From an uncultured Azospirillum sp. (lineage in GTDB: Bacteria > Pseudomonadota > Alphaproteobacteria > CACIAM-22H2), in assembly GCA_964416335.1 (NCBI GenBank), contig CAYQDN010000014.1:15107-79106 (forward strand): a stretch of 64,000 nucleotides of DNA, read 5' to 3'. Shown here in pieces: positions 7,758 through 17,761 of the stretch (position 1 is its first letter; every line of letters starts with the position of its first letter). The notes under the pieces were generated by a model. The model had not been told where the DNA came from. It worked only from the letters and a program-made list of their open reading frames with translations, and made no database searches. The position numbers were made by a program, and so were the translations under genes.

Positions 7758-8108
7758 TCAGGACCCGCGATAGGTCGAATAGCTCCACGGGCTGACGAGC
7801 AGCGGCACGTGGTAGTTGCCGGCGGGTTCCGCGATGCCGAACGCGATCGTCGCGACATCGACGAACGCCGGCTCGGGCAGCGCCACGCCGAGCGACCTGA
7901 AATACGCCGCCACGTGGAAGCGCAGCTCGTACTTCCCCGTGCGGAAGCTCGCGGCGTCGAGCAGCGGGCGGTCCGCCTTCCCGTCGGCATTCGTCAGAAA
8001 GTCGCCGATCCGGACGGGCTGCGCGTCGGCCCGGAAGAACTCGACCTTCATGCCGGCCGCCGGCCGGCCGTTCATCGTGTCGAGCACATGGGTCGAAAGC
8101 TTTGCCAT
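7758..8108 (-). CDS. hiuH: 5-hydroxyisourate hydrolase (transthyretin-like)
   Basis: The 116-aa protein begins MAKLSTHVLDT and ends in the HIUase-diagnostic C-terminus YRGS. Confidence 0.85.
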   Translation of the reverse strand: MAKLSTHVLDTMNGRPAAGMKVEFFRADAQPVRIGDFLTNADGKADRPLLDAASFRTGKYELRFHVAAYFRSLGVALPEPAFVDVATIAFGIAEPAGNYHVPLLVSPWSYSTYRGS

Positions 8109-8235
8109 CGCCGCCTTCCAGTGGGTTGCACCGCACAATAGATAGCGGGCCAAATTCCCACAAGTTCGGCCCATTCTGCCGAAAAATTGGGCAATCGCCT
8201 TGCCAGGGCTGAGTCCCGTGCGGCAAAGTCCCGGC

Positions 8236-9093
8236 ATGAAGCTTGCTGACCATCATCCCGAACAGGATCCAAGTGCGGCCGGAGGCTCGAACCACGTGGG
8301 AACCAACGACTTCGTCGATATCGACCGGGTCAGCCTCGTCTACCGCACCAAGGACGGCGACACGCTCGCCCTCAAGGACGCCGACATCAAGATCGCCAAG
8401 GGCGAATTCGTCTCGGTGGTCGGTCCCTCGGGCTGCGGCAAGTCGACCCTGCTGAAGCTCGTCTCCGGCCTCACCAACGCCACGACCGGCAACGTCATCG
8501 TCGGCGGCGAGGAAGTGACGGGGCCGCTGAAGATCTGCGGCATGGCGTTCCAGAACTCGATCATGCTGCCGTGGCGCACGCTGATGGACAACGTGCTGCT
8601 GCCGCTCGAGATCGTCGAGCCGCACTCCCGCACGTTCCGCCGCGACCGCGACAAGCACGTCGCGACGGCCAAGGAACTGCTCGCCACGGTCGGGCTGTCG
8701 GGCTTCGAGGACAAGTTCCCCTGGCAGCTCTCCGGCGGCATGCAGCAGCGCGGCTCGCTGTGCCGGGCGCTGATCCACAGCCCGCAGCTGCTGCTGCTCG
8801 ACGAACCGTTCGCCGCCCTCGACGCCTTCACGCGCGAAGAGCTCTGGGACGTCGTCCAGGCGCTGTGGATCAAGAAGCGCCCGACCGTCATCCTGATCAC
8901 GCACGACCTTCGCGAAGCGGTCTATCTCTCCGACCGCGTCTTCATGATGAGTGCGCGGCCCGGCCGGATCATCTCGATCAACCAGGTCGACTTCCCGCGC
9001 CCGCGCACGCCGGAAGTGGCGTTCCAGCCCGAATTCGTCGACATCGTGCACCACCTGCGCGACGAGATTTCGGTCGTCCGCGCGAAGAAATAG
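8236..9093 (+). CDS. ABC transporter ATP-binding protein of the NitT/TauT (nitrate/sulfonate/bicarbonate) family. It is an orphan ATPase with no adjacent permease.
   Basis: Walker A motif GPSGCGKST, signature LSGGMQQR and an SsuB/TauB-like architecture. An alternative start is at 8200. Confidence 0.75.
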   Translation: MKLADHHPEQDPSAAGGSNHVGTNDFVDIDRVSLVYRTKDGDTLALKDADIKIAKGEFVSVVGPSGCGKSTLLKLVSGLTNATTGNVIVGGEEVTGPLKICGMAFQNSIMLPWRTLMDNVLLPLEIVEPHSRTFRRDRDKHVATAKELLATVGLSGFEDKFPWQLSGGMQQRGSLCRALIHSPQLLLLDEPFAALDAFTREELWDVVQALWIKKRPTVILITHDLREAVYLSDRVFMMSARPGRIISINQVDFPRPRTPEVAFQPEFVDIVHHLRDEISVVRAKK

Positions 9094-9163
9094 GCCCTTA
9101 CGCCAAGCCGGGTTCGACGTATCACTTGCCCTGACGGGCGGAGTGGGATTCAATCGGTCCGAT

Positions 9164-10207
9164 ATGAATCCTATTTCGGTCGAAACGGCGCTCGACGCGC
9201 TTGCCGAACGTGTGAGCGACCCGGTCGTGCGCATCGGTGCGGGCAGCCGCGTCGTCTTCGCGAACGCCGCGTTCGCGCGCGAATTCGGCCCCGCACCTTC
9301 CGACATCCTCGAACTCGCCGGCGGCGATTTGTGCCGGACCGAACTTGCGGCCACCATCGCCATCGGCGGCGAGCGCGAACTGCCGCTGCTCGACGCGTCC
9401 GGCCGGCTGCGCCTCGTCTCGGTCGACGCGATGCGCTGCGGCGGCGGCCAGATCGTCGTGCTGCGCCCGCAGCTGCCCGAAAGCAAGCGCGCGGGCGACG
9501 TGTTCATCGCGACGGCCAGCCACGAGCTGCGCACGCCGCTCAACGCGATCCTCGGCTTCGCCCAGCTGCTCGAACGCGGCATCGGCGGTGCGGTGACCGC
9601 CAAACAGCGCGAATATCTCGCTTCCATCCGCACCGGGACCGACCTGCTCGTCGGCATCGTCGAGGAACTGCTCGAGGTGGCCCAGGACGACAGTGCTGCC
9701 GAACGCCTGCACGAGGCGACCCTCGACCTCACGGCCCTGGCCCGGGCGCAGCGCGACCTGATGCGCGCCGACGCCGAGACCCGCAAGGTGGAACTGGCGG
9801 CCGACCTGCCGGAGGCACCGATGCTGGTGCGCGCCGACGCGCGCAAGCTCGCCAAGGCGATGCTCGATCTCCTGTCCAATGCGATCCGGTTCTCGCCGGC
9901 CGGCAGCACCGTCACGATCGGGGTGGGCCGCAATCCGGCCGGCGCCATCGTGATCTGGGTCGCCGACCAGGGCCCCGGCATCCCGCCGACCGACGAGCGG
10001 CGGCTTGGCGCACCCAGCGTCAGCCTCGACAATGCCTATTTGCGGCGCACGCCCGGTTCGGGTATCGGCCTTGCGATCGTGCGCCGCTATGTCGAGCAAC
10101 ATGGCGGCCATCTCGATATCGGAACCGCACCGGGCGGCGGCGCATCCGTCACGATGCGCCTCCCGGCCGACCGGCTGGTCGGGGCCGCCGAAGCGCGACG
10201 GATCTAG
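9164..10207 (+). CDS. Soluble sensor histidine kinase (PAS-like N-terminus, HisKA, HATPase_c)
   Basis: H-box ASHELRTPLNAILGFAQLL and a G-box GSGIGLAIV are present. There is no TM segment and no adjacent response regulator. ATG 9164 was verified. Confidence 0.8.
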   Translation: MNPISVETALDALAERVSDPVVRIGAGSRVVFANAAFAREFGPAPSDILELAGGDLCRTELAATIAIGGERELPLLDASGRLRLVSVDAMRCGGGQIVVLRPQLPESKRAGDVFIATASHELRTPLNAILGFAQLLERGIGGAVTAKQREYLASIRTGTDLLVGIVEELLEVAQDDSAAERLHEATLDLTALARAQRDLMRADAETRKVELAADLPEAPMLVRADARKLAKAMLDLLSNAIRFSPAGSTVTIGVGRNPAGAIVIWVADQGPGIPPTDERRLGAPSVSLDNAYLRRTPGSGIGLAIVRRYVEQHGGHLDIGTAPGGGASVTMRLPADRLVGAAEARRI

Positions 10208-10797
10208 CGCGCGGCGAGTGCTGCCTCGAGCTCCGCGATCCGCCTGTCGCGCATGTCGAGTGCGGCCTGCACGTCCGCCGCCTCGAAGCGCTGGGGAATA
10301 TGCTGCGGGCAGTTCGCGTCCCACGCCGCGATCGTGAACACGAGCGCGTGCTCCGGGATCCCCCCGTAGCTCGGCGGCGCAAGTTTCCCGAGCAACGCGG
10401 CGTCATCCTCGACGGCACGCAGCGTCCCCCAGATCTTGATGCGCCGGCGGTTCGCATAGTCGATCAGGAACATGTGCGCCTGCGGATTTTCGGCGACGTT
10501 CCCGAGCGTGATGTACTGGCGGTTCCCCCGGAAATCCGCGAACCCGAAGCTGCGGCTGTCGAGCGGCACCAGGAACCCCGGCGGCCCGCCGCGGTGCTGG
10601 ATATAGGGCTGCCCCTTCGCGTTGGCGGTCGCCAGGAAAACGCTGGTCTGGAGACCGAGAAACGCCGAAAGCTCCGGCGTGATCTCGGTCTGCCAGCCCC
10701 GCCCGGCTTCCAGGCGCGCATAAGACGGGCGCGAGCCCTTGCGCGTCTGGATCGCCTTGACGGTGTCGGTGAAGGCGATGTCGCTTGGAACGGACAT
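10204..10797 (-). CDS. PPOX-class FMN-binding split-barrel flavoprotein (pyridoxamine 5-phosphate oxidase-related family)
   Basis: A 197-aa protein. It lies downstream of the CMD gene in the same operon. Confidence 0.65.
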   Translation of the reverse strand: MSVPSDIAFTDTVKAIQTRKGSRPSYARLEAGRGWQTEITPELSAFLGLQTSVFLATANAKGQPYIQHRGGPPGFLVPLDSRSFGFADFRGNRQYITLGNVAENPQAHMFLIDYANRRRIKIWGTLRAVEDDAALLGKLAPPSYGGIPEHALVFTIAAWDANCPQHIPQRFEAADVQAALDMRDRRIAELEAALAAR

Positions 10798-10811
10798 TGC
10801 CGGTCTCCGGT

Positions 10812-11363
10812 TCAGGCCGCAACGCCCAGCTGGACGACCGGGAAGTCGATCTGCGTGCCCGCGACCTCGTTGATGTAGTTCGTGAAGGTGTTGAGCGCCA
10901 CATGCGCGACGACCTCGACGATTTCGGCGTCGCCGAAGCCGGCCGCACGCACGTCCGCGATGGCGGCATCGTCGACATGGCCGCGCGCCTTGGCGACCGC
11001 GACCGCGAAGCGGACCGCGGCGTCGGCCTTCGGATCGTTCGACCCGCCGCGGCGGTTGGCGGCGATTTCCGCGGCATCGAGCTTGGCGAGATTCGCCGCA
11101 AGATAGCTGTGCGCGGAGAGGCAGTAGCCGCAGCCGTTCACCTCGGCGATCGCCAGTGCGATGCGTTCGCGCGTCTTGCCGTCGATCGTGCCCTTGGCGA
11201 GCGCGCCGTTGAAGCCGAGATAGGCTTCGAGGGCCGCCGGCGCATTGGCGACGACGCGGAACAGGTTGGGTACCGTACCGAGCTGGCGCTTGACGCCCTC
11301 GAGAAGCGGGCGGGCGGCGACCGGGCTGGCGTCGATCGAGGCGGGCGTGGAAAGGCGGGACAT
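10812..11363 (-). CDS. Carboxymuconolactone decarboxylase-family (AhpD-like) protein
   Basis: The CMD/AhpD fold motif EVNGCGYCLSAH (CxxC) is present. An AAGGA RBS lies upstream of ATG 11363. Confidence 0.8.
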   Translation of the reverse strand: MSRLSTPASIDASPVAARPLLEGVKRQLGTVPNLFRVVANAPAALEAYLGFNGALAKGTIDGKTRERIALAIAEVNGCGYCLSAHSYLAANLAKLDAAEIAANRRGGSNDPKADAAVRFAVAVAKARGHVDDAAIADVRAAGFGDAEIVEVVAHVALNTFTNYINEVAGTQIDFPVVQLGVAA

Positions 11364-11457
11364 GGGACATTCCTTTTGAGGTTCTTGCGGCGGGCCCGAT
11401 GCCCGTCCTGACCCGGTGAATATCAATGTTGCGCCAAGTGATGATAATAATGATAAT

Positions 11458-11485
11458 ATGCAAAAGTTCATTGCAGAAAGTGCAT
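11458..11485. promoter_or_regulatory. Candidate LysR-type binding site: the dyad ATGCA-N18-TGCAT containing TGCA-N9-TGCA (T-N11-A type)
   Basis: The site lies in the AT-rich divergent intergenic region between the lysR gene (11493) and the CMD operon (11363). An adjacent direct repeat ATGATAATA x2 lies at 11441-11458. Confidence 0.4.
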
Positions 11486-11492
11486 CAATCAG

Positions 11493-12392
11493 ATGGACCG
11501 CTTCGATGCTCTCGCCGCCTTCGTCCGCGTCGCCGAACTGCGCGGCTTTGCGCCGGCAGCCCGGCAGATCGGAATCTCGCCGTCCGCGGCGACGCGCCTC
11601 GTCGCCGGGCTCGAAGACCATCTGGGCTTGCGTCTCCTGCAGCGCACGACGCGCTCGGTGTCGCTGACGGACGCGGGCGCACGCTATCTCGACCGCGCAC
11701 GCGCGATCCTCGCGGACCTGACGGAAGCCGACGAGGCGGCGCGCGCCGAACGCACCGTCCCGTCGGGCCGGCTGGTCGTATCGGCGCCATCCGTGTTCGG
11801 CCGGCTGCATGTGGCATCGCTGATCTGCAGCTTCTTGCGCACGCACACGGAAGTCACCGGTGAGCTGCAGCTCACCGACCGTATCGTCAATCTGGTCGAG
11901 GAAGGCATCGACCTCGCCGTCCGCATCGGAAACCTCGCCGACTCAAGCGTCGTCGCGCGCCGGATGGGTGCGACACGACGCGTCATCGTCGCCTCGCCGG
12001 GCTATCTTGCCGAACGCGGCACGCCGCGCCGGCCGGACGATCTCCAGCGGCACCGGACGATCCATTTCTCCGGCATCACCGCACCTGCCGAATGGCGGTT
12101 CGTCGAGGACGGGCGCGAGCGCCGCGTGGTGATCGCACCGCGCTACGAAACGAACAGTGCCGATGCGGCGATCGGCCACGCCGAACAGGGCGGCGGCCTG
12201 GCCTGGGTGCTGGCATATCAGGCTGCGGAAGCGGTCGCAGCACGCCGGCTCAAGATCGTCCTCGCGAAATTCGAGATCCCGCCGCTGGCGATCCAGTTCG
12301 TCTACCCAGCCGCACGCCTGCTGTCGGCGAAAGTGCGCGCCTTCATCGACATGGCCGAGCAGGACTGCGACTGGTCGTTCGACGCGCGCTGA
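11493..12392 (+). CDS. LysR-family transcriptional regulator
   Basis: The N-terminal HTH MDRFDALAAFVRVAELRGFAPAARQIGISPSAATRLV. The gene is divergent from the CMD/PPOX operon. Confidence 0.9.
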   Translation: MDRFDALAAFVRVAELRGFAPAARQIGISPSAATRLVAGLEDHLGLRLLQRTTRSVSLTDAGARYLDRARAILADLTEADEAARAERTVPSGRLVVSAPSVFGRLHVASLICSFLRTHTEVTGELQLTDRIVNLVEEGIDLAVRIGNLADSSVVARRMGATRRVIVASPGYLAERGTPRRPDDLQRHRTIHFSGITAPAEWRFVEDGRERRVVIAPRYETNSADAAIGHAEQGGGLAWVLAYQAAEAVAARRLKIVLAKFEIPPLAIQFVYPAARLLSAKVRAFIDMAEQDCDWSFDAR

Positions 12393-12395
12393 CTC

Positions 12396-13634
12396 TCACT
12401 CGTTCGCGAGCGCTTCCAGGCAATCGGCCAGCACGCGCGCACCGGCCGCAAGATCGGAAGGTGTCGCGGCCTCGGCCTCGTTGTGGCTGATGCCGCGCTC
12501 GCACGGCACGAAGATCATGCCCGCGGGTCCGTGCGGGGCGACATGCATCGCGTCGTGCCCGGCCCCCGACGGCATGTCCATGTTCGACAGCGCGAGTGCG
12601 GACGACTTGGCGCGCACCAGATCGACGATGCGCGGATCGAACACCGTGGGTGCCACGCTGTTGATCCGCTCGACCTTGGCCGTGCACGGGCCGACGCTTG
12701 CGGAAACCACCGAAGGGATCGCGTCGCCGAGCCTTGCGAGGACGGCCGCATCGGGATGGCGGAAATCGATCGTGAAATGCACCTGTCCGGGCACCGTATT
12801 GGGCGAGCCCGGACGGCATTCGAGCCGCCCGACGGTGAAGCGCACGATGTCGGCGGGATCGTGCATGTGCCGTTCCAGCGCCTGGATCGCGGCGACGGCG
12901 GACTTGAGCGCGTCCTTGCGCACGCGCAGCGGCGTCGTGCCCGCATGCGCTTCCTCGCCGAAGATATCGATCGTATAGCGCTGCGAACCCTGGATCCCGG
13001 TCACGACGCCGATCGTGCGACCGTCGGCTTCCAGCCGCGGGCCCTGCTCGATATGCGCCTCGATATAGGCATGGAAACGCCGGTCGAACCCCTGCACGAC
13101 ACGGCAGGGCGCGGCCACCAGCGTCGAGGCCAGCGCATCGGCAACCTTCGTGCCCGAGCGGTCTTCGACCGCGAGCATCTTCGCAAGATCGTACTGGCCG
13201 GCCCACACGGCCGAGCCCATGGCACCGGGCTGGAAGCGGCTGCCCTCCTCGTTCATCCACGCGACGACTTCGACCGGCCGCCTCGTTCGGATGCCGGCAT
13301 CGTCGAGGGCCTCGAGCGCTTCGAAGCCGGCGAGCACGCCGTACATCCCGTCGTACTTGCCCCCGGTCGGCTGGCTGTCCATGTGCGATCCGGTCAGCAC
13401 TGGTGCCGCTTCATTGTCAGCACCTGAACGCCGGACATAGAGATTGCCGATGGGATCGCCATAAACATCGTAGCCGCGCGCGGCGGCCCAGCCCGCGAGC
13501 AGCTTGCGCGACGCCGCGTCTTCGGCGGACAGGGCCTGCCGGTTGACGCCCCCCTTCGGAAGGCCGCCGATCTTCGCCATGTCGACATGGCGCTGCCACA
13601 GGCGGGACTGGTCGATCTTGTCGGATGCGGGCAT
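12396..13634 (-). CDS. Zn-dependent M20-family amidohydrolase (allantoate amidohydrolase / N-carbamoyl-amino-acid hydrolase family, AllC-like)
   Basis: A 412-aa protein with the metal-binding M20 motifs of the AllC/AmaB family. An AAGGAG RBS is present. It lies directly downstream of ureG. Confidence 0.75.
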   Translation of the reverse strand: MPASDKIDQSRLWQRHVDMAKIGGLPKGGVNRQALSAEDAASRKLLAGWAAARGYDVYGDPIGNLYVRRSGADNEAAPVLTGSHMDSQPTGGKYDGMYGVLAGFEALEALDDAGIRTRRPVEVVAWMNEEGSRFQPGAMGSAVWAGQYDLAKMLAVEDRSGTKVADALASTLVAAPCRVVQGFDRRFHAYIEAHIEQGPRLEADGRTIGVVTGIQGSQRYTIDIFGEEAHAGTTPLRVRKDALKSAVAAIQALERHMHDPADIVRFTVGRLECRPGSPNTVPGQVHFTIDFRHPDAAVLARLGDAIPSVVSASVGPCTAKVERINSVAPTVFDPRIVDLVRAKSSALALSNMDMPSGAGHDAMHVAPHGPAGMIFVPCERGISHNEAEAATPSDLAAGARVLADCLEALANE

Positions 13635-13644
13635 GCGTCGCTCC

Positions 13645-14258
<614 letters not shown>

Positions 14259-14262
<4 letters not shown>

Positions 14263-14945
14263 GATCTGAAAATCCTCGAATACTGGGTCTCGTGGCGGAA
14301 GGATAGCGCATCGACGACAAGGGCCGCACTGCCCGCCTCATCGAGCGACCGGCCAAGCGCTTCGCCCGTCGCATTGTCGACATGCGGCTCGATCTCGGCA
14401 AGCACGCGTTGCCCGTCGGTCTGCCCCAGCGGGATCGCGCGCACGGCCGCGGAGACGAGATTGGCCGCGAATGCGTGAAGATAGGCGGCCAAGGCGTCGC
14501 CGAGCGGCACGCCTGCAGCGGCCGCCGCAGTGGCGACGGCGACGGGATAGGCCGGACGCAATCCGGCGTCGGCCAATGCCTGCCGCCAGCCGGAAACATC
14601 GACCGGCCAGGCATCGCCGATCGCGCGGAAAAAGCTCTCGCCCTGTTGCGTGGCTTCAAGCGCAAGCTCGCCAGAACCGCGCGTGGCACCTGCAAGCTCA
14701 GCGATTTCGACGAAACGCGCCGTGTCGGCATCGGCAACGGCACGATAGACGTGGCAGAAGAACACGGCATCGGCCCGCGGGCCACCTTGCGCCACGAGGC
14801 TGGCGATCCAGTCCTGCAGCGAGGAGCGGTCGCGCACGAGACCTTCGTCGATGGCGGATTCGAGCGCGTGGCTGTACGCGAATGCGCCGACGGGGAACGA
14901 CGGCGACAGCCAGGCGAGTAGCTTCAGGAGCCCGTCAGTGGCCAT
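14259..14945 (-). CDS. ureF: Urease accessory protein UreF
   Basis: The UreF family sequence [24 protein letters not shown]. The start at 14945 overlaps the ureE gene. Confidence 0.85.
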
Positions 14946-15384
14946 GGGCCCCGCCGGCATAGGCGCCGGGCTCCGGATCGAAAGGGGCCGCGTGGCGGCG
15001 GACCCGCGCACCCAGCTTCTCCGCCATTTCGGCGATCACATGGTCGTCGAGCAGGCGCAATACGCCATCGGGAAGGACCTGCACGGCCAGGTGCCGGTTC
15101 CCGACATGCCATGCCACGCGCGCGAGATGTGCGGAATCGGTGCAGGCGATGTCCATCACAGGTTCGTCCGCCGCACGGATTTCGACATAGGAGCCGTCCT
15201 CCAGCGCCAGCCCATCGCCGGCCTTCAGATGTACGGCATGCACGAGGTCGAGAAGGAACTCGAATCCGTCGTCGGCACGCAGCGTGACCCGGCGCCGGTG
15301 GCGGTCGTCGGAGGCCAGCGTGACATGGCCGCGAAGACGCTGCCGGTCCCATGCCCCGGCCGGATCGACCGCCAGTGCGCGCAT
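14935..15384 (-). CDS. ureE: Urease accessory metallochaperone UreE
   Basis: A 149-aa protein with a His-rich C-terminus (GGAHGH). Its start is coupled to the ureC stop. Confidence 0.8.
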   Translation of the reverse strand: MRALAVDPAGAWDRQRLRGHVTLASDDRHRRRVTLRADDGFEFLLDLVHAVHLKAGDGLALEDGSYVEIRAADEPVMDIACTDSAHLARVAWHVGNRHLAVQVLPDGVLRLLDDHVIAEMAEKLGARVRRHAAPFDPEPGAYAGGAHGH

Positions 15385-17093
15385 CAGAACAGGAAATAGC
15401 GCTGCGCGAGCGGCAGCAACTTCGCCGGTTCGCAGACGATCGGCGTGCCGTCGGCGCGGACTTCGTAGGTCTCGGGATCGACCTCCACCTTCGGCATCGC
15501 GTCGTTGTGGATCATGTGCTTCTTGCCGATCTTGCGCGTGTTCTTGACCGGAAGGACGGTGCGCGCGAGACCGAGCTTGCGCCCGATCCCGTCCTTGTGC
15601 GCGAGCTTCGACACGAAGGTGAGGCACGACGAACCCAGCGCCTTGCCGAACGCGCCGAACATCGGCCGGTAGTGCACGGGCTGCGGCGTGGGGATCGAGG
15701 CGTTGGGATCGCCCATCGGGGCGGCCGCGATCGTGCCACATTTCAGGATCATCTCGGGCTTGGCGCCGAAGAAGGCCGGCTGCCAGATCACGAGATCGGC
15801 GTACTTGCCCTTCTCGATCGAACCGACATAGCTGGAGATCCCCTGTGCGATCGCCGGATTGATCGTGTATTTGGCGAGATAGCGCTTGGCGCGGAAATTG
15901 TCGTTCTCGCCCGTCTCTTCCTTCAGCCGGCCGCGCTGCATCTTCATCTTGTGGGCCGTCTGCCATGTCCGCGCGATGACCTCGCCGATGCGCCCCATCG
16001 CCTGGCTGTCCGAACTCATCATCGAGATGGCGCCGATGTCGTGGAAGATGTCTTCCGCGGCGATCGTCTCGCGCCGGATGCGGCTTTCGGCGAAGGCGAC
16101 GTCCTCGGGGATGCGTTGGTCGAGATGGTGGCAGACCATGAGCATGTCGAGATGCTCGTCGATCGTGTTGACCGTGAAGGGCCGCGTGGGATTGGTCGAC
16201 GACGGCAGCACGTTGGGCAGACCGATGACCTTGATGATGTCGGGCGCATGCCCGCCGCCGGCGCCTTCGGTATGGAAGGCGTGGATCGTGCGGCCCTTGA
16301 ACGCGGCGACCGTATCCTCGACAAAGCCGCTCTCGTTCAGCGTGTCGGTGTGGATCGCGACCTGGATGTCGTATTTGTCCGCAAGCTTCAGGCAGGTGTC
16401 GATTGCGTTGGGGGTCGTCCCCCAGTCCTCGTGCAGCTTCATGGCGCACGCACCCGCGCGCACCATCTCGACCATCGGCGCCAGCGCCGAGGCGTTGCCC
16501 TTGCCGAAGAAGCCCATGTTGATCGGCAGGCCCTCGGCGGCCTCGAGGATGCGATGCATGTGCCACGGGCCCGGCGTGCAGGTCGTCGCCGATGTGCCGG
16601 CGGCGGGTCCCGTCCCGCCGCCCATCAGGGTCGTGATGCCGGAATAGAGCGCATCCTCGACCTGCTGCGGGCAGATGAGGTGGATGTGCGCATCGATGCC
16701 GCCCGCTGTGACGATGCGGCCCTCGCCGGCGATCACCTCGGTTCCCGGACCGACGACGATGTCCACGCCGGGCTGGATGTCGGGGTTCCCGGCCTTGCCG
16801 AGGGCAGCGATCTTGCCGTCCTTGAGGCCGATGTCGCATTTCACGATGCCCCACCAGTCGAGGACGAGCGCGTTCGTGATGACGGTATCGACGGCCCCTT
16901 CGCGGCGCGAGCGCTGGCTCTGCCCCATGCCGTCGCGGATGACCTTGCCGCCGCCGAACTTCACTTCCTCGCCGAAGACGGTCAGGTCCTTCTCGACCTC
17001 GATGAACAGATCGGTATCGCCCAGGCGCACGCGGTCGCCGGTCGTCGGGCCGTACATGCCGGCATAGGCGGCACGGGAAATCCGATAGGACAT
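15384..17093 (-). CDS. ureC: Urease alpha subunit UreC
   Basis: A 569-aa protein with the [30 protein letters not shown]-terminus and the active-site motifs of UreC. Confidence 0.95.
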   Translation of the reverse strand: MSYRISRAAYAGMYGPTTGDRVRLGDTDLFIEVEKDLTVFGEEVKFGGGKVIRDGMGQSQRSRREGAVDTVITNALVLDWWGIVKCDIGLKDGKIAALGKAGNPDIQPGVDIVVGPGTEVIAGEGRIVTAGGIDAHIHLICPQQVEDALYSGITTLMGGGTGPAAGTSATTCTPGPWHMHRILEAAEGLPINMGFFGKGNASALAPMVEMVRAGACAMKLHEDWGTTPNAIDTCLKLADKYDIQVAIHTDTLNESGFVEDTVAAFKGRTIHAFHTEGAGGGHAPDIIKVIGLPNVLPSSTNPTRPFTVNTIDEHLDMLMVCHHLDQRIPEDVAFAESRIRRETIAAEDIFHDIGAISMMSSDSQAMGRIGEVIARTWQTAHKMKMQRGRLKEETGENDNFRAKRYLAKYTINPAIAQGISSYVGSIEKGKYADLVIWQPAFFGAKPEMILKCGTIAAAPMGDPNASIPTPQPVHYRPMFGAFGKALGSSCLTFVSKLAHKDGIGRKLGLARTVLPVKNTRKIGKKHMIHNDAMPKVEVDPETYEVRADGTPIVCEPAKLLPLAQRYFLF

Positions 17094-17094
17094 G

Positions 17095-17415
17095 CTATTT
17101 CCCCCGCTTCTTGAGCTTGCCGTTCACCGCACCGCGAAATCCGTGGACGATCCGGGCACCACCATAGGCGACCAGATTGGCCTTGCGGGTCTGGCCCGGC
17201 TCGAAGCGCACGGCCGTACCGGCCGGAATATCGAGCCGCATGCCGTAGGCAGCCTTGCGGTCGAACGACAGGGCGGGGTTCGTCTCGAAGAAGTGATAGT
17301 GCGAGCCGACCTGGATCGGCCGGTCGCCGGTATTCGAGACGTTCAGCGTGACGGTCTCGCGACCGGCATTCAGCTCGATCTCGCCGTCGCGCACCAGAAT
17401 TTCGCCGGGCTTCAT
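17095..17415 (-). CDS. ureB: Urease beta subunit UreB
   Basis: The sequence [16 protein letters not shown]. Confidence 0.95.
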   Translation of the reverse strand: MKPGEILVRDGEIELNAGRETVTLNVSNTGDRPIQVGSHYHFFETNPALSFDRKAAYGMRLDIPAGTAVRFEPGQTRKANLVAYGGARIVHGFRGAVNGKLKKRGK

Positions 17416-17425
17416 GCGCGCTCCC

Positions 17426-17728
17426 TCAGCGGATCGGATTGTGGACGGTCACGAGCTTCGTGCCGTCGGGAAAGGTCGCCTCGACCTGGATGTCGTGGAT
17501 CATCTCGGAGATGCCGTCCATCACCTGATCGCGCGTGATCACCTTGGCCCCGTCGCGCATCAGGTCGGCGACCGACCGGCCGTCGCGGGCACCCTCGACG
17601 ACGAAATCGGCGATCAGGGCGACCGCCTCCGGATGGTTGAGCTTGACCCCCCGCTCCAGCCGGCGGCGCGCGACCATCGCGGCCATCGCCACCAGCAGCT
17701 TGTCTTTCTCGCGTGGACTGAGATTCAT
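17426..17728 (-). CDS. ureA: Urease gamma subunit UreA
   Basis: The sequence [35 protein letters not shown]. Confidence 0.95.
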   Translation of the reverse strand: MNLSPREKDKLLVAMAAMVARRRLERGVKLNHPEAVALIADFVVEGARDGRSVADLMRDGAKVITRDQVMDGISEMIHDIQVEATFPDGTKLVTVHNPIR

Positions 17729-17761
17729 GCGTTGCCCCCTCCGTCGGGGCCGATCCTAGCA

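Noticed and set aside
8200-8235. The longer N-terminus (MPGLSPVRQSPG) for the NitT/TauT ATPase.
   Set aside because: Neither ATG 8200 nor ATG 8236 has a convincing RBS. The shorter form was chosen by length similarity to family members. The choice is uncertain.
7738-10032. A 764-aa ORF on the minus strand. Similar very long ORFs include 15351..17114+, 9331..10878+, 9122..10324-, 10785..11411+, 20087..20992+, 35636..37603-, 40525..42393-, 46783..48168+, 60765..62222+, and 6683..7795+.
   Set aside because: They run antisense to, or out of frame with, strongly supported conserved genes (HK, urease, M23 peptidase, SBPs, amidases and others). They have Arg/Ala/Pro/Gly-rich low-complexity translations. 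This is the usual stop-codon-poor artefact of high-GC DNA.
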